In this document: positions 33,199 through 44,541 of the stretch, piece after piece
How the letters are laid out: each line of letters opens with the position of its first letter
How positions within the stretch are numbered: the first letter of the stretch is position 1
Assembly (NCBI GenBank): GCA_029855935.1
Contig: JAGSHN010000027.1
Span: forward strand, 32,001-96,000
Origin: Candidatus Thorarchaeota archaeon
Lineage (GTDB): Archaea > Asgardarchaeota > Thorarchaeia > Thorarchaeales > Thorarchaeaceae
Direction: 5' to 3'
DNA length: 64,000 nucleotides
Program-made: the position numbers and the translations under genes
Notes under the pieces: model-generated
What the model was told of the DNA's origin: nothing
What the model saw: the letters and a program-made list of their open reading frames with translations, nothing else
The model's database searches: none

Positions 33199-35925
33199 AT
33201 GGCAACTGAGAAGTATGTGTACAAGTTCGGAGCCGGACAAGCAGATGGTAATGGGGAGATGAAGGAAATTCTTGGCGGCAAGGGGGCCTCGCTTGCCAGC
33301 GCAACACTGCTGGGTCTCCCCGTGCCGCCCGGCTTCACGATCTCGACCGAAGTCTGCAACATCTACCTGCAAGAGAGCGACTTCCCCGCCGAGGTCCGAG
33401 AGCAGGTGCTAGAGGCGCTGAAGTTCGTTGAGGGTACAGTGGGCCGAGGCTTCGGTGACCCGAAGAACCCCCTGCTGGTATCATGTCGTTCCGGTGCGCG
33501 CAAGAGTATGCCTGGGATGATGGAGACGGTCCTCAACGTCGGACTCACCACCAGGACCCTCCCAGGGCTCATTGAAACGACGGGCAACGAGCGCTTCGCC
33601 TACGACACGTATCGCCGACTCATAATGATGTACAGCGATGTGGTGATGGAGAAGGCAGAGGGTATTGAGCCGAAAGAGGGCGAGGGCATCCGAGAGCAAC
33701 TCGAGTGGATAATGAAGCGGAAGAAGAAGGAGGTCGGTGCGAAGAGCGACACCGACCTGACCGTGGAAGACCTGAAGGACTTGGTGGAGAAGTTCAAGGC
33801 ACGCGTCAAGGAGGTTCTCGGGCGCGAGTTCCCCGACGACCATATGGAGCAGCTATGGGGCGCAATCACTGCTGTGTTCAAGAGCTGGAACGGCGCGAGG
33901 GCCGTGGCCTACCGCAGGATCGAGAACATCCCGGACGACTGGGGCACTGCCTGCACGGTTCAGGCGATGGTCTTCGGCAATATGGGAGAGAAATCGGCGA
34001 CGGGTGTGGCGTTCACAAGGAATCCCGCGACGGGAGACAATCACTTCTACGGAGAGTGTCTCTTCAACGCTCAGGGAGAGGACGTTGTCGCTGGAATAAG
34101 AACGCCCAATCCTCTCAATGAGGTATCCAAGAACGAACAGAACAAGCACCTGCCGACGCTCGAGGAGAAGATGCCAGAGATATACAGGGAGCTGGTGAGG
34201 ATACGCGATGTCCTCGAGGACTATGCAAAGGACATGGTCGACCTTGAGTTCACTATAGAGGAGGGCAAGCTGTATCTGGTTCAGCATCGTGTTGGCAAGA
34301 GAACAGCGACGGCCGCGCTGAACATTGCACTGGACTTGCTCGAAGAGGGTAAGATTGACGAGAAGACGTGCGTCATGAGGATAACACCCGACCAGCTCGG
34401 TCAGCTACTGTTTCCAATCCTCGACCCCGAAGAGGAGAAGAAGAGAACTCCAATTGCGCGGGGGCTGCCTGCAGGACCTGGCGGCGCCGTCGGGCAGATT
34501 GTCTTTACATCCGAGGACGCGATCAACTCGACAAGAGATGGGAAGAAAGTCATCCTGATACGAGAGGAGACAAGCCCTGAGGACATCGAGGGAATGCGCG
34601 CTGCGGTGGCGCTCCTCACTGCACGCGGCGGGATGACGAGCCACGCAGCACTCGTGACCAGAGGTTGGGGCAAGTGTTGCATCGTCGGTTGCGGCGACCT
34701 TGAGATCGACCCGTTCAAGAAGCAGGTCACCATCCACGGCAAGGTGTACAAGGAGGGCGACGTGTTCACGCTCAACGGTACCGCGGGCCTGGTCTACGAG
34801 GGAGAGATACCGATGATTGACTCCACTCACAACCCGCGGCTCCGCAAGTTCATGGAGCTGGTTGACAAGTATCGTAGACTGGGCGTGAGGGCAAACGCTG
34901 ACACGCCCGAGGACGCCAAGACAGCGCTCGACTACGGCGCCGAGGGCATAGGCCTGTTCAGGACAGAGCACATGTTCTATGGCGAGGGGAGTGAGGAGCC
35001 CCTGTTCCTGCTGCGGAAGATGATAATGAGTCAGTCGCAGACAGAGCGGCTACACGCCCTTGCCGAGCTCGCACCGTACATCAAACGCGATGTCAAGGCC
35101 ACCCTCGAAGTGATGGCCGGCAAGCCCGTGACAATCCGCCTCCTCGACCCGCCGCTCCACGAGTTCGTCCCGCAGAGCAGGATTGGGCAGGAGAGACTGG
35201 CCCACGCCTTGGGCATAGACATCAGTGAGGTCAGAAAGCGGGGAGAGGAGCTCCACGAGAACAACCCGATGATGGGGCACCGCGGCGTGAGGCTGGGCCT
35301 GACTCATCCAGAGATATACAAGACACAGGTGAAGGCCATCTTTGAGGCCGTGTGTGAGCTCAAGAGAGAGGGGAAGGAGGTCCACCTTGAGCTTATGATC
35401 CCCGTGGTCGCTGGCGAGGCCGAGCTGAAGACGATGAAGGCAATAGTCGATGATGTCTACGAGGAAGTCAAGCGCGAGCAGGGAATGGACTTTGACTATC
35501 TCTATGGTACGATGATAGAACTGCCTCGTGCTTGCATGCGCGCGGGTGACATGGCCGAGGTTGCGGAGTTCTTCTCCTTCGGCACGAATGACCTGTCGCA
35601 GATGGCCTTCGGCTTCAGTCGCGACGACGTGGACAAGTTCCTGCCGTACTACCTCGAGCACCACCTGCTGCGGAACGACCCGTTCCAGAGCATCGACAAG
35701 CGCGGTGTCGGCGGCCTGATGAGAATCGCCATCGAGCGCGGCAAGAAGACAAGATCGAACATCAAGCTTGGAGTCTGCGGGGAGCACGGAGGCGACCCAC
35801 GGTCTGTGGAGTTCTTCCACCAGATTGGACTGGACTACGTGTCTTGTTCGCCCTACAGGCTGCCAGTGGCACGACTGGCTGCCGCACAGGCCGCGATAAA
35901 AGAGGAGCGCGGAGAGCTTGAGTGA
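33199..35925 (+). CDS. ppdK: Pyruvate, phosphate dikinase
   Basis: LGGKGA, RSGA..SMPGMM, GEDVVAGIRTP, GGMTSHAA (phospho-His), GLFRTEHMF, FGTNDL, GVCGEHGG. Confidence 0.97.
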   Translation: MATEKYVYKFGAGQADGNGEMKEILGGKGASLASATLLGLPVPPGFTISTEVCNIYLQESDFPAEVREQVLEALKFVEGTVGRGFGDPKNPLLVSCRSGARKSMPGMMETVLNVGLTTRTLPGLIETTGNERFAYDTYRRLIMMYSDVVMEKAEGIEPKEGEGIREQLEWIMKRKKKEVGAKSDTDLTVEDLKDLVEKFKARVKEVLGREFPDDHMEQLWGAITAVFKSWNGARAVAYRRIENIPDDWGTACTVQAMVFGNMGEKSATGVAFTRNPATGDNHFYGECLFNAQGEDVVAGIRTPNPLNEVSKNEQNKHLPTLEEKMPEIYRELVRIRDVLEDYAKDMVDLEFTIEEGKLYLVQHRVGKRTATAALNIALDLLEEGKIDEKTCVMRITPDQLGQLLFPILDPEEEKKRTPIARGLPAGPGGAVGQIVFTSEDAINSTRDGKKVILIREETSPEDIEGMRAAVALLTARGGMTSHAALVTRGWGKCCIVGCGDLEIDPFKKQVTIHGKVYKEGDVFTLNGTAGLVYEGEIPMIDSTHNPRLRKFMELVDKYRRLGVRANADTPEDAKTALDYGAEGIGLFRTEHMFYGEGSEEPLFLLRKMIMSQSQTERLHALAELAPYIKRDVKATLEVMAGKPVTIRLLDPPLHEFVPQSRIGQERLAHALGIDISEVRKRGEELHENNPMMGHRGVRLGLTHPEIYKTQVKAIFEAVCELKREGKEVHLELMIPVVAGEAELKTMKAIVDDVYEEVKREQGMDFDYLYGTMIELPRACMRAGDMAEVAEFFSFGTNDLSQMAFGFSRDDVDKFLPYYLEHHLLRNDPFQSIDKRGVGGLMRIAIERGKKTRSNIKLGVCGEHGGDPRSVEFFHQIGLDYVSCSPYRLPVARLAAAQAAIKEERGELE

Positions 35926-35939
35926 TTGAGGGGGTGACT

Positions 35940-35974
35940 GAGTGGGGCCCGGCCCCCACTCGTAGCCTTTTTAT
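35940..35974 (+). terminator. Hairpin plus T-tract after ppdK; the TTTTTAT may double as the TATA box of the next gene
   Basis: GAGTGGGG(35940-47)/CCCCACTC(35954-61) stem followed by TTTTTAT. Confidence 0.45.
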
Positions 35975-36012
35975 GCCGCGCCCGTCCGGCTGGGCGCAGG
36001 TGAAACGGGCAG

Positions 36013-36969
36013 ATGAGCAAGAGAATACTTGTCACCGGCAGCTATGGACAGATAGGGACAGAGCTGGTTGGAGAGCTGAGGCGACGATACGGTGGGGAGA
36101 ACGTCGTTGCCACGGGTCGCAAGAAGCCACCCGCGATCCTCAAGCGGGATGGCCCGTACTACCAGCTTGATGTGCTGAACGTGAGTCAGCTCCACCAGCT
36201 CCTTGTGGACTTGGACATCGACATAGTCATCCATAACGCATCGGTCCTCTCTGCGGTGGGTGAGAAGAACCCACAGCTGGCATACCGAACGAACGTCGAG
36301 GGGGCGTATAACGTCCTTGAGGCGGCCCGGATTCTAGAGCTCGATCAGGTGATGATTCCGAGTTCGATAGCCGCCTTTGGACCGAGCACCCCAAAGGAGA
36401 ACACTCCGAACGATGTGATAATGCGTCCCACCACGATGTATGGCGTGACAAAGGTCTTCATAGAGCTACTCGGGGAGTACTATACTCACAGGTTCGATGT
36501 CGACTTCCGGTCGCTGCGCTACCCTGGCATCATCAGCTCCGAGGCCCTGCCTGGTGGCGGCACAACGGACTATGCCGTCGAGATATTCTACGAGGCGCTG
36601 AAGAACAAGCGATACACGTGTTTCCTCGCCAAGGACACTGCTCTTCCGATGATGTACATGCCAGACTGTCTCAAGGCCACGATCGACCTGATCGAGGCCG
36701 ATGCCAGCAGACTAAAGCATCGCAGCTTCAACGTCACGGCAATGAGCTTCACTCCAGAGGAGATTGCTAACGAGATCAAGAAGTACATTCCGGAGTTCGA
36801 GATTGAGTACAAGCCTGACTACAGACAGCAGATAGCCGAGTCATGGCCGAGGTCAATTGATGACAGTGTGGCCCGCGAAGAGTGGGGATGGAAACCGGAA
36901 TACGATCTCCCAGCCATGGTAAAGGACATGCTTGACAGGCTCTCGAAGAGACTGGGAATCGAGTACTGA
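36013..36969 (+). CDS. tdh: L-threonine 3-dehydrogenase (SDR / NAD-dependent epimerase type)
   Basis: ILVTGSYGQIGTEL, LSAVGE, PSSIAAFG, YGVTK, PGGGTTDYAV, PMMYMPD, RQQIAESWP. Confidence 0.88.
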   Translation: MSKRILVTGSYGQIGTELVGELRRRYGGENVVATGRKKPPAILKRDGPYYQLDVLNVSQLHQLLVDLDIDIVIHNASVLSAVGEKNPQLAYRTNVEGAYNVLEAARILELDQVMIPSSIAAFGPSTPKENTPNDVIMRPTTMYGVTKVFIELLGEYYTHRFDVDFRSLRYPGIISSEALPGGGTTDYAVEIFYEALKNKRYTCFLAKDTALPMMYMPDCLKATIDLIEADASRLKHRSFNVTAMSFTPEEIANEIKKYIPEFEIEYKPDYRQQIAESWPRSIDDSVAREEWGWKPEYDLPAMVKDMLDRLSKRLGIEY

Positions 36970-37127
36970 GGGTCCCGACAGGGGGCTCCTTCTCTCCCTG
37001 ACCTCATCCCCTCGGCCCGTGTTGATGCGAGCAGTGCTGAGCACCGGAGTTCTCAAATACGCTGGAGGCCAGATTGCGTCACATCACCGCTCCCTGTTCT
37101 TACAGACCGACCTGTGGGTGAGCGCTC

Positions 37128-38861
37128 TTGAAACGCCAAAACTACCTCGTAATCCTGTTCATCTTTGCGACCCTTACTCTCTCCTCCTTCTATCTCGCAT
37201 GGTCTGTTCAACATGGTCTCGGAGAGATAGAGGTTGAGAGCAAACTGACACAGGGGACCGACGGAGAGAGGGCGGCATTCATTCTTATGCGGACCCGAAT
37301 GGAGGCGGACGTTCGCCAACTGGACCTCGTTCTTGCAATCCCCGCTATCGGGTCGTCTGGTGAGAACCTCAGGCTTGTCGGTATGGAACTCGCAAGACGA
37401 AACTTCACCGTCGCTATAGTCGACCTTTCCTCGCTATCACCGCAAGAGAGTCATACGGAAGAAGTGACGCAGCAAGCGGTCGGTCTGTGCGTCCGTGTAC
37501 TGACCGTCCTTGAGAACGACACTCTGGTGAACGAAGACCATCTCGGCATTCTGGCCTACGGGTCAGGGGCGAGTGTCGCGCAGGCACTCATCAGAGAAGA
37601 GATTGATACGCCGCCTCTTGGTACTGTGATCATTGGACCACTGACGGAGGTCAGCAGACTCGATACATCAACACTGAACAACACTCTCGTCGTGGGGGGC
37701 GAGTGCTATGGCCCCACAAGGACAGCATTCTACGACCTGCTGAGAGATGTCACGGGCAACCAGAGTGCTGTTCCTGGTGTGACCTACGGAGACTTCGACA
37801 ACGGAACCGCGATCATGCTTGGTATCTCTTGGGCTCCGGGAGATGCTGCACCCGAGTCGAACATCGGGCTAATTCTCAGCGTGGACTGGCTCGTCAAGTC
37901 GGTACAGGGTGAGGCGCAGTGGAATCACACACTGCGACCATGGCTCATAGTCGCACACGGAGCGGTAGTGGCCCGATGGACTGGGACGCTCGGTATTCTC
38001 GGTTCCGTCGCCTGCGTGGTGGTCATTCTCTCGAAGCCGACACAACACGGGGCAGAGAACCGGACACATCATGCCGAGGAGCCAGACGCTGGTGCCGAGG
38101 AGACACCACTGGCCCGCGTCTTCGGGATGATAATCATTCCAGCTGCCCTGTCGCAGCTGGGCCTCTACATCCCTGCGCTGCTTCTTGCCTGGCTGACAGA
38201 CAGCATATGGATACTGCCGGCACTTGCAGTCGTGGCTGCGGGGCTGTGCCTGAGCGGGGTCCTGTCGGTCACGGCACTTAGAGTAGTGAGTGGAGAGGGT
38301 CTCGCCACACACGTTGAGCCGACATTCGGTCTCGCCACTGTAAGAAGGAACATGCGTGCCATCGTCAGAGCGCTCGTGGTGGCCGCTGTCACGGCGGTTG
38401 GAATGTTGCTCCTCGCCAATGTAGACGACATACTCGGTGTCAACCCGGGAGTCACGTACTCTCTGATTGATGGCGTGGCAGCACTCTGGCCTGCTTTGAT
38501 TGTGAGCATTTTCGCGCTTGCACCTCGGGCCAGTGATGCGGCCTGGCTCCGGAGAATCGAGTCGGTGAACGAGGATGAGAGGTCATGGACATCGAGGGTC
38601 TTTGTCGGGTCTGCGGCCTTCCTGAGAGTGTTCGTCGCTGCTATCGTTGCCCTAGCGCTGTACACATCGCTCATCGACCTGATGAGCCTCTCACCCGCGG
38701 GAGCCCTTCTCAGGCCTGTGATGATTGCGGGCGTCGTTGCAGAGGCCTTCTCTATTCTGTCCTCGCCGATTGCAAGGGAGGAGAGAGTCGACGCCATTGC
38801 CGTGCTGGTGTCCACTGCGGCCGTGACAGGGATCCTACTGGCATCTGCTCTACTAGTGTGA
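37128..38861 (+). CDS. Membrane protein: degenerate alpha/beta-hydrolase-like extracellular domain plus a multi-TM C-terminus
   Basis: N-terminal TM; ELARRNFTVAIVD; HLGILAYGSGA at the nucleophile elbow; TYGDFDNGTA; about 9 C-terminal hydrophobic helices; TTG start. Confidence 0.65.
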   Translation: MKRQNYLVILFIFATLTLSSFYLAWSVQHGLGEIEVESKLTQGTDGERAAFILMRTRMEADVRQLDLVLAIPAIGSSGENLRLVGMELARRNFTVAIVDLSSLSPQESHTEEVTQQAVGLCVRVLTVLENDTLVNEDHLGILAYGSGASVAQALIREEIDTPPLGTVIIGPLTEVSRLDTSTLNNTLVVGGECYGPTRTAFYDLLRDVTGNQSAVPGVTYGDFDNGTAIMLGISWAPGDAAPESNIGLILSVDWLVKSVQGEAQWNHTLRPWLIVAHGAVVARWTGTLGILGSVACVVVILSKPTQHGAENRTHHAEEPDAGAEETPLARVFGMIIIPAALSQLGLYIPALLLAWLTDSIWILPALAVVAAGLCLSGVLSVTALRVVSGEGLATHVEPTFGLATVRRNMRAIVRALVVAAVTAVGMLLLANVDDILGVNPGVTYSLIDGVAALWPALIVSIFALAPRASDAAWLRRIESVNEDERSWTSRVFVGSAAFLRVFVAAIVALALYTSLIDLMSLSPAGALLRPVMIAGVVAEAFSILSSPIAREERVDAIAVLVSTAAVTGILLASALLV

Positions 38862-38875
38862 ATCACCCATAGAAA

Positions 38876-40099
38876 CTAGTCTTCGTATACCTCAAAGTGA
38901 AATCCGTGGTCTTCGAGACTAGACAGCAGACTGTCGAGGGCCCTCTTGTCCGGAACCTCCAGCACCATCGTGAGCTCTGCTTTGTTGGGAGCAATGTCGG
39001 GGTCCGCACGGTCGTGAGTGATCTCTATCACATTCACGCCTGAGCCAGACACCACATCGATGATCCTGTTCAGAGTGCCCACCCTGTCAAGGATGACTCC
39101 GCGCAATCGCACTGACCGACCCAAGCGGAACAGCTCCTTGTCGACGATACGCCCGAGCAGGCTCATATCGATGTTGCCGCCAGAGAGGACGGCAACGGCC
39201 TTCTTCCCCTTGACGTCAATCTTTCCGAACTGGAATGCCGCGAGGCCGACAACCCCTGCTGGTTCCACGACCGTCTTGGCCCTCTCCAGAAGCAAGAACA
39301 GGGTCCGTGTGACCTCGAACTCGCTCACTGTCACGACGTCTGTGAGAAGGTCACGAGCAATCTGGAGCGTGAGCTCCCCTGGCTGCTTCACGGCAATTCC
39401 GTCACATATCGTGTCGAGAGACTCGGCCCGAACAATCTTGCCTGCATGAAGCGAGGCCCGCATCGCAGCCGCACTCTCGGCCTCCACTCCGTATACCTCG
39501 ACCTCTGGGCGGAGATGCTTGGCCGCTATCGCGATTCCTGCTGCTAGACCACCACCGCCTACGGGAACGGCGATCACGTCCACGTCAGGGAGTGCCTCAA
39601 GTATCTCTAGCCCAATCGTGCCCTGACCAGCTATGACGTGCTCATTGTTGAACGGGTGGATAAATGTCGCTCCCGTCTCCCGAGCGATCTCGCGGGCCTT
39701 GGCCAGCGCCTCGTCGAACACAGCCCCGTGCAGGACGACATTGGCACCGTAGCCACGTGTTGCCTGGACCTTGGCGATGGGTGAGAACACAGGCATCACA
39801 ATTGTTGACTTGATGCCGAGCCTCGTTGCGGCGTAGGCAACGCCCTGAGCGTGGTTACCTGCGGATGCAGCAATGACTCCAGCCTCTCTCTCGCCCTCCG
39901 TGAGCTTGCTCATCGCGTATGTTGCTCCACGGACCTTGAACGAGCCCGTCTTCTGCAGATTCTCAAGCTTGAGGTAGATGTCACCCTCGGTCATTCGACT
40001 GAATGTGGTCGAGAGATCGAGCGGTGTGTTCTTCGCAATTCCTCTCACCGTGTCTCTCGCACGCTCAATCTCCGCAAACATCCTCTCGTAGTCTACCAT
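38876..40099 (-). CDS. ilvA: Threonine ammonia-lyase (PLP-dependent) with a C-terminal ACT domain
   Basis: KLENLQKTGSFKVRGA, SAGNHAQG, PVGGGGL, LSGGNID; ACT-like DRVGTL. Confidence 0.93.
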   Translation of the reverse strand: MVDYERMFAEIERARDTVRGIAKNTPLDLSTTFSRMTEGDIYLKLENLQKTGSFKVRGATYAMSKLTEGEREAGVIAASAGNHAQGVAYAATRLGIKSTIVMPVFSPIAKVQATRGYGANVVLHGAVFDEALAKAREIARETGATFIHPFNNEHVIAGQGTIGLEILEALPDVDVIAVPVGGGGLAAGIAIAAKHLRPEVEVYGVEAESAAAMRASLHAGKIVRAESLDTICDGIAVKQPGELTLQIARDLLTDVVTVSEFEVTRTLFLLLERAKTVVEPAGVVGLAAFQFGKIDVKGKKAVAVLSGGNIDMSLLGRIVDKELFRLGRSVRLRGVILDRVGTLNRIIDVVSGSGVNVIEITHDRADPDIAPNKAELTMVLEVPDKRALDSLLSSLEDHGFHFEVYED

Positions 40100-40287
40100 T
40101 GGAGCGCCTCTCCGATATCATCTGTCTGGGCAGTGTAAGTACTTTGTCCCTATAAGATACCGGGGAGACTGGGCATCAGGCTTCAGACTGAACATTTTCT
40201 GCGCTCTCAGTGCAAGACATAAAACCAGATGTCGAGTGATGAGAAGACGCTGCAACCACGACCATTCGAGGAGGTGCAATACCCACA

Positions 40288-43116
40288 ATGTCATCATATC
40301 GTTCAACAACAGTTGCTATGATGCTTCTGCTCACGCTCATGCTCACCTCGATAATGCTCCCAAGCGCGGTTGCGACGGGGACCGGGGCGTGGCCCCCGCC
40401 AGCGAGCGGCACTTGGCTGATCAACGTCCCCACAGTGGTGAGCGACGAGAATATAACTCTCCAGGGCGACATGATTGTCAACAGCACGGCATTGTTCGTG
40501 AACACGACCATCACGTTCGCCTCAACAGCGTCAACGCACTATAGGCTTGATGTCACCAAGTTTGGCACGCTGACGATGATCAACTGCACGCTTCGCGCAC
40601 AGAACGCGGCCTTTCCGTACTACGTCCGCATCTACGGGACGACCATACTGAATCAGACTGTCGTTCGGAATGCCGGCTATAGTTACGGAAGCTACGGCGA
40701 CAGAACTGGCCTGTGGATCAACACGAACGACACCGTGAGGATTGCCGACTCGGTGTTCGAGAATGTATACTATGGCGTGTTCGCCTACCATTCGATGAAT
40801 ATCTTGATGAGTAATCTCTCAATCACGGCAGACAGTACCGCCGGCACTGCTATTGTTCTCCAGTACAGCTCTGCGCAGATGACAGATCTCGACCTCTCGG
40901 GACAGCACGGTCTGAGGATACAGACGGGACAGGACATCAGTGCGGAGAGCGTAGTGTCAACAGGCGTTGTCTATGCTCTTGAGATTCGGGAGTCAGACAA
41001 CGTGACAGCCAGCGGGCAGTTCTCGTCGACGAACAGCTACTTGAGTGTAAAGGACTCCAACGACGTCACTCTGCACGACAGCGTTGTGACCTCAACGAGC
41101 AGCTACGGGATGTACGTCACAGGGACCACATCGCTGACAATCACCGGAGTGAACGTGACCGGTCACCTCGTAGGTGTGTACCTGTATGACTCCAGTTCCG
41201 TCGATATCGCGTCATCGAGAGTGGACGCAGAAGGGAACCACGGAATACAGGCCACGTTCGGCTGCAGTGACATCACCATCACAGACACCACGGTGAACAG
41301 TCCAGTGCAGGCACTCTCCCTGGACAATAGCAGTGTAATCTACGTCTCAGACGTAACTCTCACCAGCGACACCACTGCGGTCTCGGCGACGAACGTGACA
41401 CATCTGACACTGCTCGACTCTACCATCAGCGGCACCACGAGCGTGCGGCTGGAGGACACAAGCGCAGTCAACCTCACACGCGGCGAGTGGACCGCCGACG
41501 ATCTCGGCCTGCTGATGTTCTCATCGTCGGGCGTCGTGGCGTCGGGAATGAGTATCACATCCAACAGGACCGTTGCAGTCTACGATTCGTGGAACCTGAT
41601 GTTCTCTGACATCAACTTCCATTCTCAGGTTCTCGGCGTCCAGCTGACCAATGTGTCACAGAGCGCGCTCACCGGGTTGAGCGGAGGCGTCGAGGCGGGG
41701 ACCGCCCTCAACCTGATGAATGTCACTACAGTCCTCGTGAACGCATCCAACGTGTGGGGTGGCGAGGCGGGTCTAATCGTGGCCAACTCAACTCACGTCA
41801 CGACAATACAGTCCCACATCACTGGCGACGAGGTCGGCGTCCTGCTGTCCAATAGTACGGATGTCGTCCTGTCTGACCTGTCGGTCGTAGCCAACGACAA
41901 TGCGATCGTCTTCGATAGCGCAAACGACTCCTATCTTGTGGACAGTACAGTCTTCTCGTCATCCAGCTTTGGGATCCGGGTGGTCTCCTCACGGAACAAC
42001 ACTATTGTCCACAACTCGGTAGAGAACTGCACTCTCTACGGAATCGTCGTGACCGAGTCCACCGACAACCTGTTCTACCTGAACTACCTTCGGAACAACA
42101 ACAACAATGAAACTCAGGTTGCAGACGATGGGAATGACAACAGCTGGGACAACGGTACCATTGGCAACTGGTACTGTGACTATGATGGACCGGACCTTGA
42201 CCACGATGGGATTGGCGACGAGCCCTACCTCGTGGGCGAGAATGCAACTGACAGGTTCCCAATCGTAGTCGACGCCGACAACGACAGCATCAATGACTAT
42301 GGAGAGAGTCTATACTTTGGCACAGACCCGTTGATGAACGACACTGACGGCGATGGTATCACTGATGGCATTGAGGTGTTCGTTCTCGGCTCCAACCCGA
42401 ACGACAATGACACCGACAACGATGGTATGCCGGATGGCTGGGAGTACCAGTATCAGCTCAACGTGACCCGTGCCGATGCGGATGAGGATGCTGATGGCGA
42501 TGGGTTGACGAATCTCCAAGAGTATCAGCTGGGGACAGATCCTACTATCGCCGATACCGATGGTGATGGCATGCCTGACGGTTGGGAGGTCGAGAACGGA
42601 CTCAATCCGTTCGCTAACGATGCGGACACCGACAACGACTCTGATGGACTCACTGCAGCACAGGAATATGCAGCATCGACCAACCCCAACAATGCAGACA
42701 CCGATGGCGATGGGATGCCTGATGGCTGGGAGGTCGCGAACGGCCTTGACCCACTGATCAATGATGCCGACGATGATGCAGACAGCGACGGTCTGACCAA
42801 CAGGGAAGAGTTCCAACAGGGCACCTCTCCGCAGACTGCCGATACCGACGGAGATGGAATTGACGATGGACCCGAGGTTCACGCGCTGGGAACGGACCCG
42901 CTCAGCACTGACACCGACGGCGATGGTGTCGACGACAAACAGGAACTCGACAACGGCACCGACCCGCTTCTGTGGGACACGGATGGCGACGGGATGAGCG
43001 ATGCGACGGATCCGCTGCCAACAATCAACAACGTACTGCTGGCCGGAGGCGTCTCTGGAGTGGTCATCATAGTCATTGTCTTGGCCCTGTACCTCCACCG
43101 GAGGAGAGGCCGCTAG
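40288..43116 (+). CDS. Cell-surface protein: right-handed beta-helix (NosD/PbH1) plus Ca-binding DxDGDG repeats and a C-terminal TM
   Basis: Signal peptide; beta-helix repeats of about 22 aa; [15 protein letters not shown]...DGIGD.PY cap; repeated [12 protein letters not shown]...GLNP; TM plus RRRGR. Confidence 0.88.
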   Translation: MSSYRSTTVAMMLLLTLMLTSIMLPSAVATGTGAWPPPASGTWLINVPTVVSDENITLQGDMIVNSTALFVNTTITFASTASTHYRLDVTKFGTLTMINCTLRAQNAAFPYYVRIYGTTILNQTVVRNAGYSYGSYGDRTGLWINTNDTVRIADSVFENVYYGVFAYHSMNILMSNLSITADSTAGTAIVLQYSSAQMTDLDLSGQHGLRIQTGQDISAESVVSTGVVYALEIRESDNVTASGQFSSTNSYLSVKDSNDVTLHDSVVTSTSSYGMYVTGTTSLTITGVNVTGHLVGVYLYDSSSVDIASSRVDAEGNHGIQATFGCSDITITDTTVNSPVQALSLDNSSVIYVSDVTLTSDTTAVSATNVTHLTLLDSTISGTTSVRLEDTSAVNLTRGEWTADDLGLLMFSSSGVVASGMSITSNRTVAVYDSWNLMFSDINFHSQVLGVQLTNVSQSALTGLSGGVEAGTALNLMNVTTVLVNASNVWGGEAGLIVANSTHVTTIQSHITGDEVGVLLSNSTDVVLSDLSVVANDNAIVFDSANDSYLVDSTVFSSSSFGIRVVSSRNNTIVHNSVENCTLYGIVVTESTDNLFYLNYLRNNNNNETQVADDGNDNSWDNGTIGNWYCDYDGPDLDHDGIGDEPYLVGENATDRFPIVVDADNDSINDYGESLYFGTDPLMNDTDGDGITDGIEVFVLGSNPNDNDTDNDGMPDGWEYQYQLNVTRADADEDADGDGLTNLQEYQLGTDPTIADTDGDGMPDGWEVENGLNPFANDADTDNDSDGLTAAQEYAASTNPNNADTDGDGMPDGWEVANGLDPLINDADDDADSDGLTNREEFQQGTSPQTADTDGDGIDDGPEVHALGTDPLSTDTDGDGVDDKQELDNGTDPLLWDTDGDGMSDATDPLPTINNVLLAGGVSGVVIIVIVLALYLHRRRGR
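42270..43020 (+). repeat. Thrombospondin-type-3-like DxDxDG calcium-binding peptide repeats
   Basis: About a dozen units such as [31 protein letters not shown]. Confidence 0.85.
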
Positions 43117-43157
43117 ACCTCAAGCCAGACAGACAACTATCCATCTGGGTTGCCAAC

Positions 43158-43195
43158 AAGGGTGGCGTATACCACCCTTCGCGGCTCTTTTTCTT
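43158..43195 (+). terminator. Hairpin plus T-tract after the beta-helix gene
   Basis: AAGGGTGG(43158-65)/CCACCCTT(43172-79), then CTTTTTCTT. Confidence 0.5.
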
Positions 43196-43291
43196 AGTAG
43201 CTAGGACGAGAGGAAAACCGCACTCCATGTCCACACGCGACTACAGCGTTGAGCTGGCCGTGCCCGCTCGCCGCACGAAATGGGATGTTCC

Positions 43292-44356
43292 TCAGCAAGC
43301 GACAAACCCTTGGAAATCAGGATGGTCGAAGAATCGAACGCGACTAAATCTGTCGTAGTCCTCGTCTGACATTCCGACTTTCAACGCCAGTGAAACAGCC
43401 ACACGCTCCATCGGCGTAAGGTCGCCGCTGGGAGCCTTCTCAACCATAGAAACATCGCGTCCGTAAAAGTATGCCACTCTGGCGTCACGTGCGAGCTTTT
43501 CGCGGATGCCAAACTTGGTCAGTATCAGCATCACGATTTCGTCCTCCGAGAGCGGTAGCTCGCTCTTTGAATCGGCGTTGAACCAGAAGATGGCCCACTT
43601 CAGACCACCAGTCGAGCTTCGCTCGTGAGGCGACAGTATATCGTCAACATGGTTTACCACATAGAAGACAGCCCCGATGAGCACAGTCCCAAGCAGAGCC
43701 GCGGGCGCCACGAATGGAAAAACATCCAGATTGGCAGTGAAGAACAGCGCGCCGAAGTTTCCGAGAGCGATGAGGAAGAGTATGCACCAGACACACGTGA
43801 CATCATCACCGCTCATGGCGGAGCCACCCAGACAGAGAAGCGCAAAAACGCAATCGGCGACCAAGACAATAACTGAAACAATCTCCCCGAAACCGAGGAG
43901 ATTGGCCAGCACATAGCCAGGATAGAGGACGATTCCAGCGCCATATCAAGAGCAGGAGGGCCCTCGAATCCGCCTATTATTCGCGACAACGACACATACA
44001 GAAACAGCAAGGACACGAGAGTCAAGAGAATCCCCCGACTCTTCAAGTACTCCTCTGCCTCATATGTAACCACGGAATACACCCCATAATGGTACCCTAC
44101 AGGATATCCGAGTATGCCCACCAAGGAATATGTTTCTATTCTGTGTTTACAGATATCTGCCCGTGCAGAGTTTCACGACACTGAAGAGGAGTTAACTGTT
44201 TGGAGAGGCGAACACCACAGTGGTCAATTCAGTGGTTCTTTCTGCAATCACTATGAGAGAAGCGACAGCACCACCAAGAACAACGGATGCTCATTAGGCA
44301 CACGTCTTGCAGAAACTCCCTCTTTCCAAGCGTTCTCGCAGAGTCTCGTACACCAT
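43292..44356 (-). pseudogene. Probably degraded multi-TM membrane protein gene; the intact 3' part is 43292-43912
   Basis: Hydrophobic coding stretches continue upstream in shifting frames: GILLTLVSLLFLYVSL in ORF 43813-44124, and YGAGIVLYPGYVLANLL after a TGA near 43945. Further upstream, MVYETLRERL..CA**ASVVLGGAVASLIVIA contains internal stops. Confidence 0.45.
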
Positions 44357-44541
44357 CGTCACGCCGTGAGATCCTGATACTAGGCGGTAGTGGCATCGGA
44401 AGCGTTAGCGCCTGCGATGGCCGCGAACGGTGTAGGTTGAATTGCTGGCGTCAAGCCCGAACAGTAGTCGCACAAACAGCCGCCTTGACCTCAGGCAGGG
44501 TAACCACAATGAATCTACCATAGAGAGATTTTTCAGTACCG

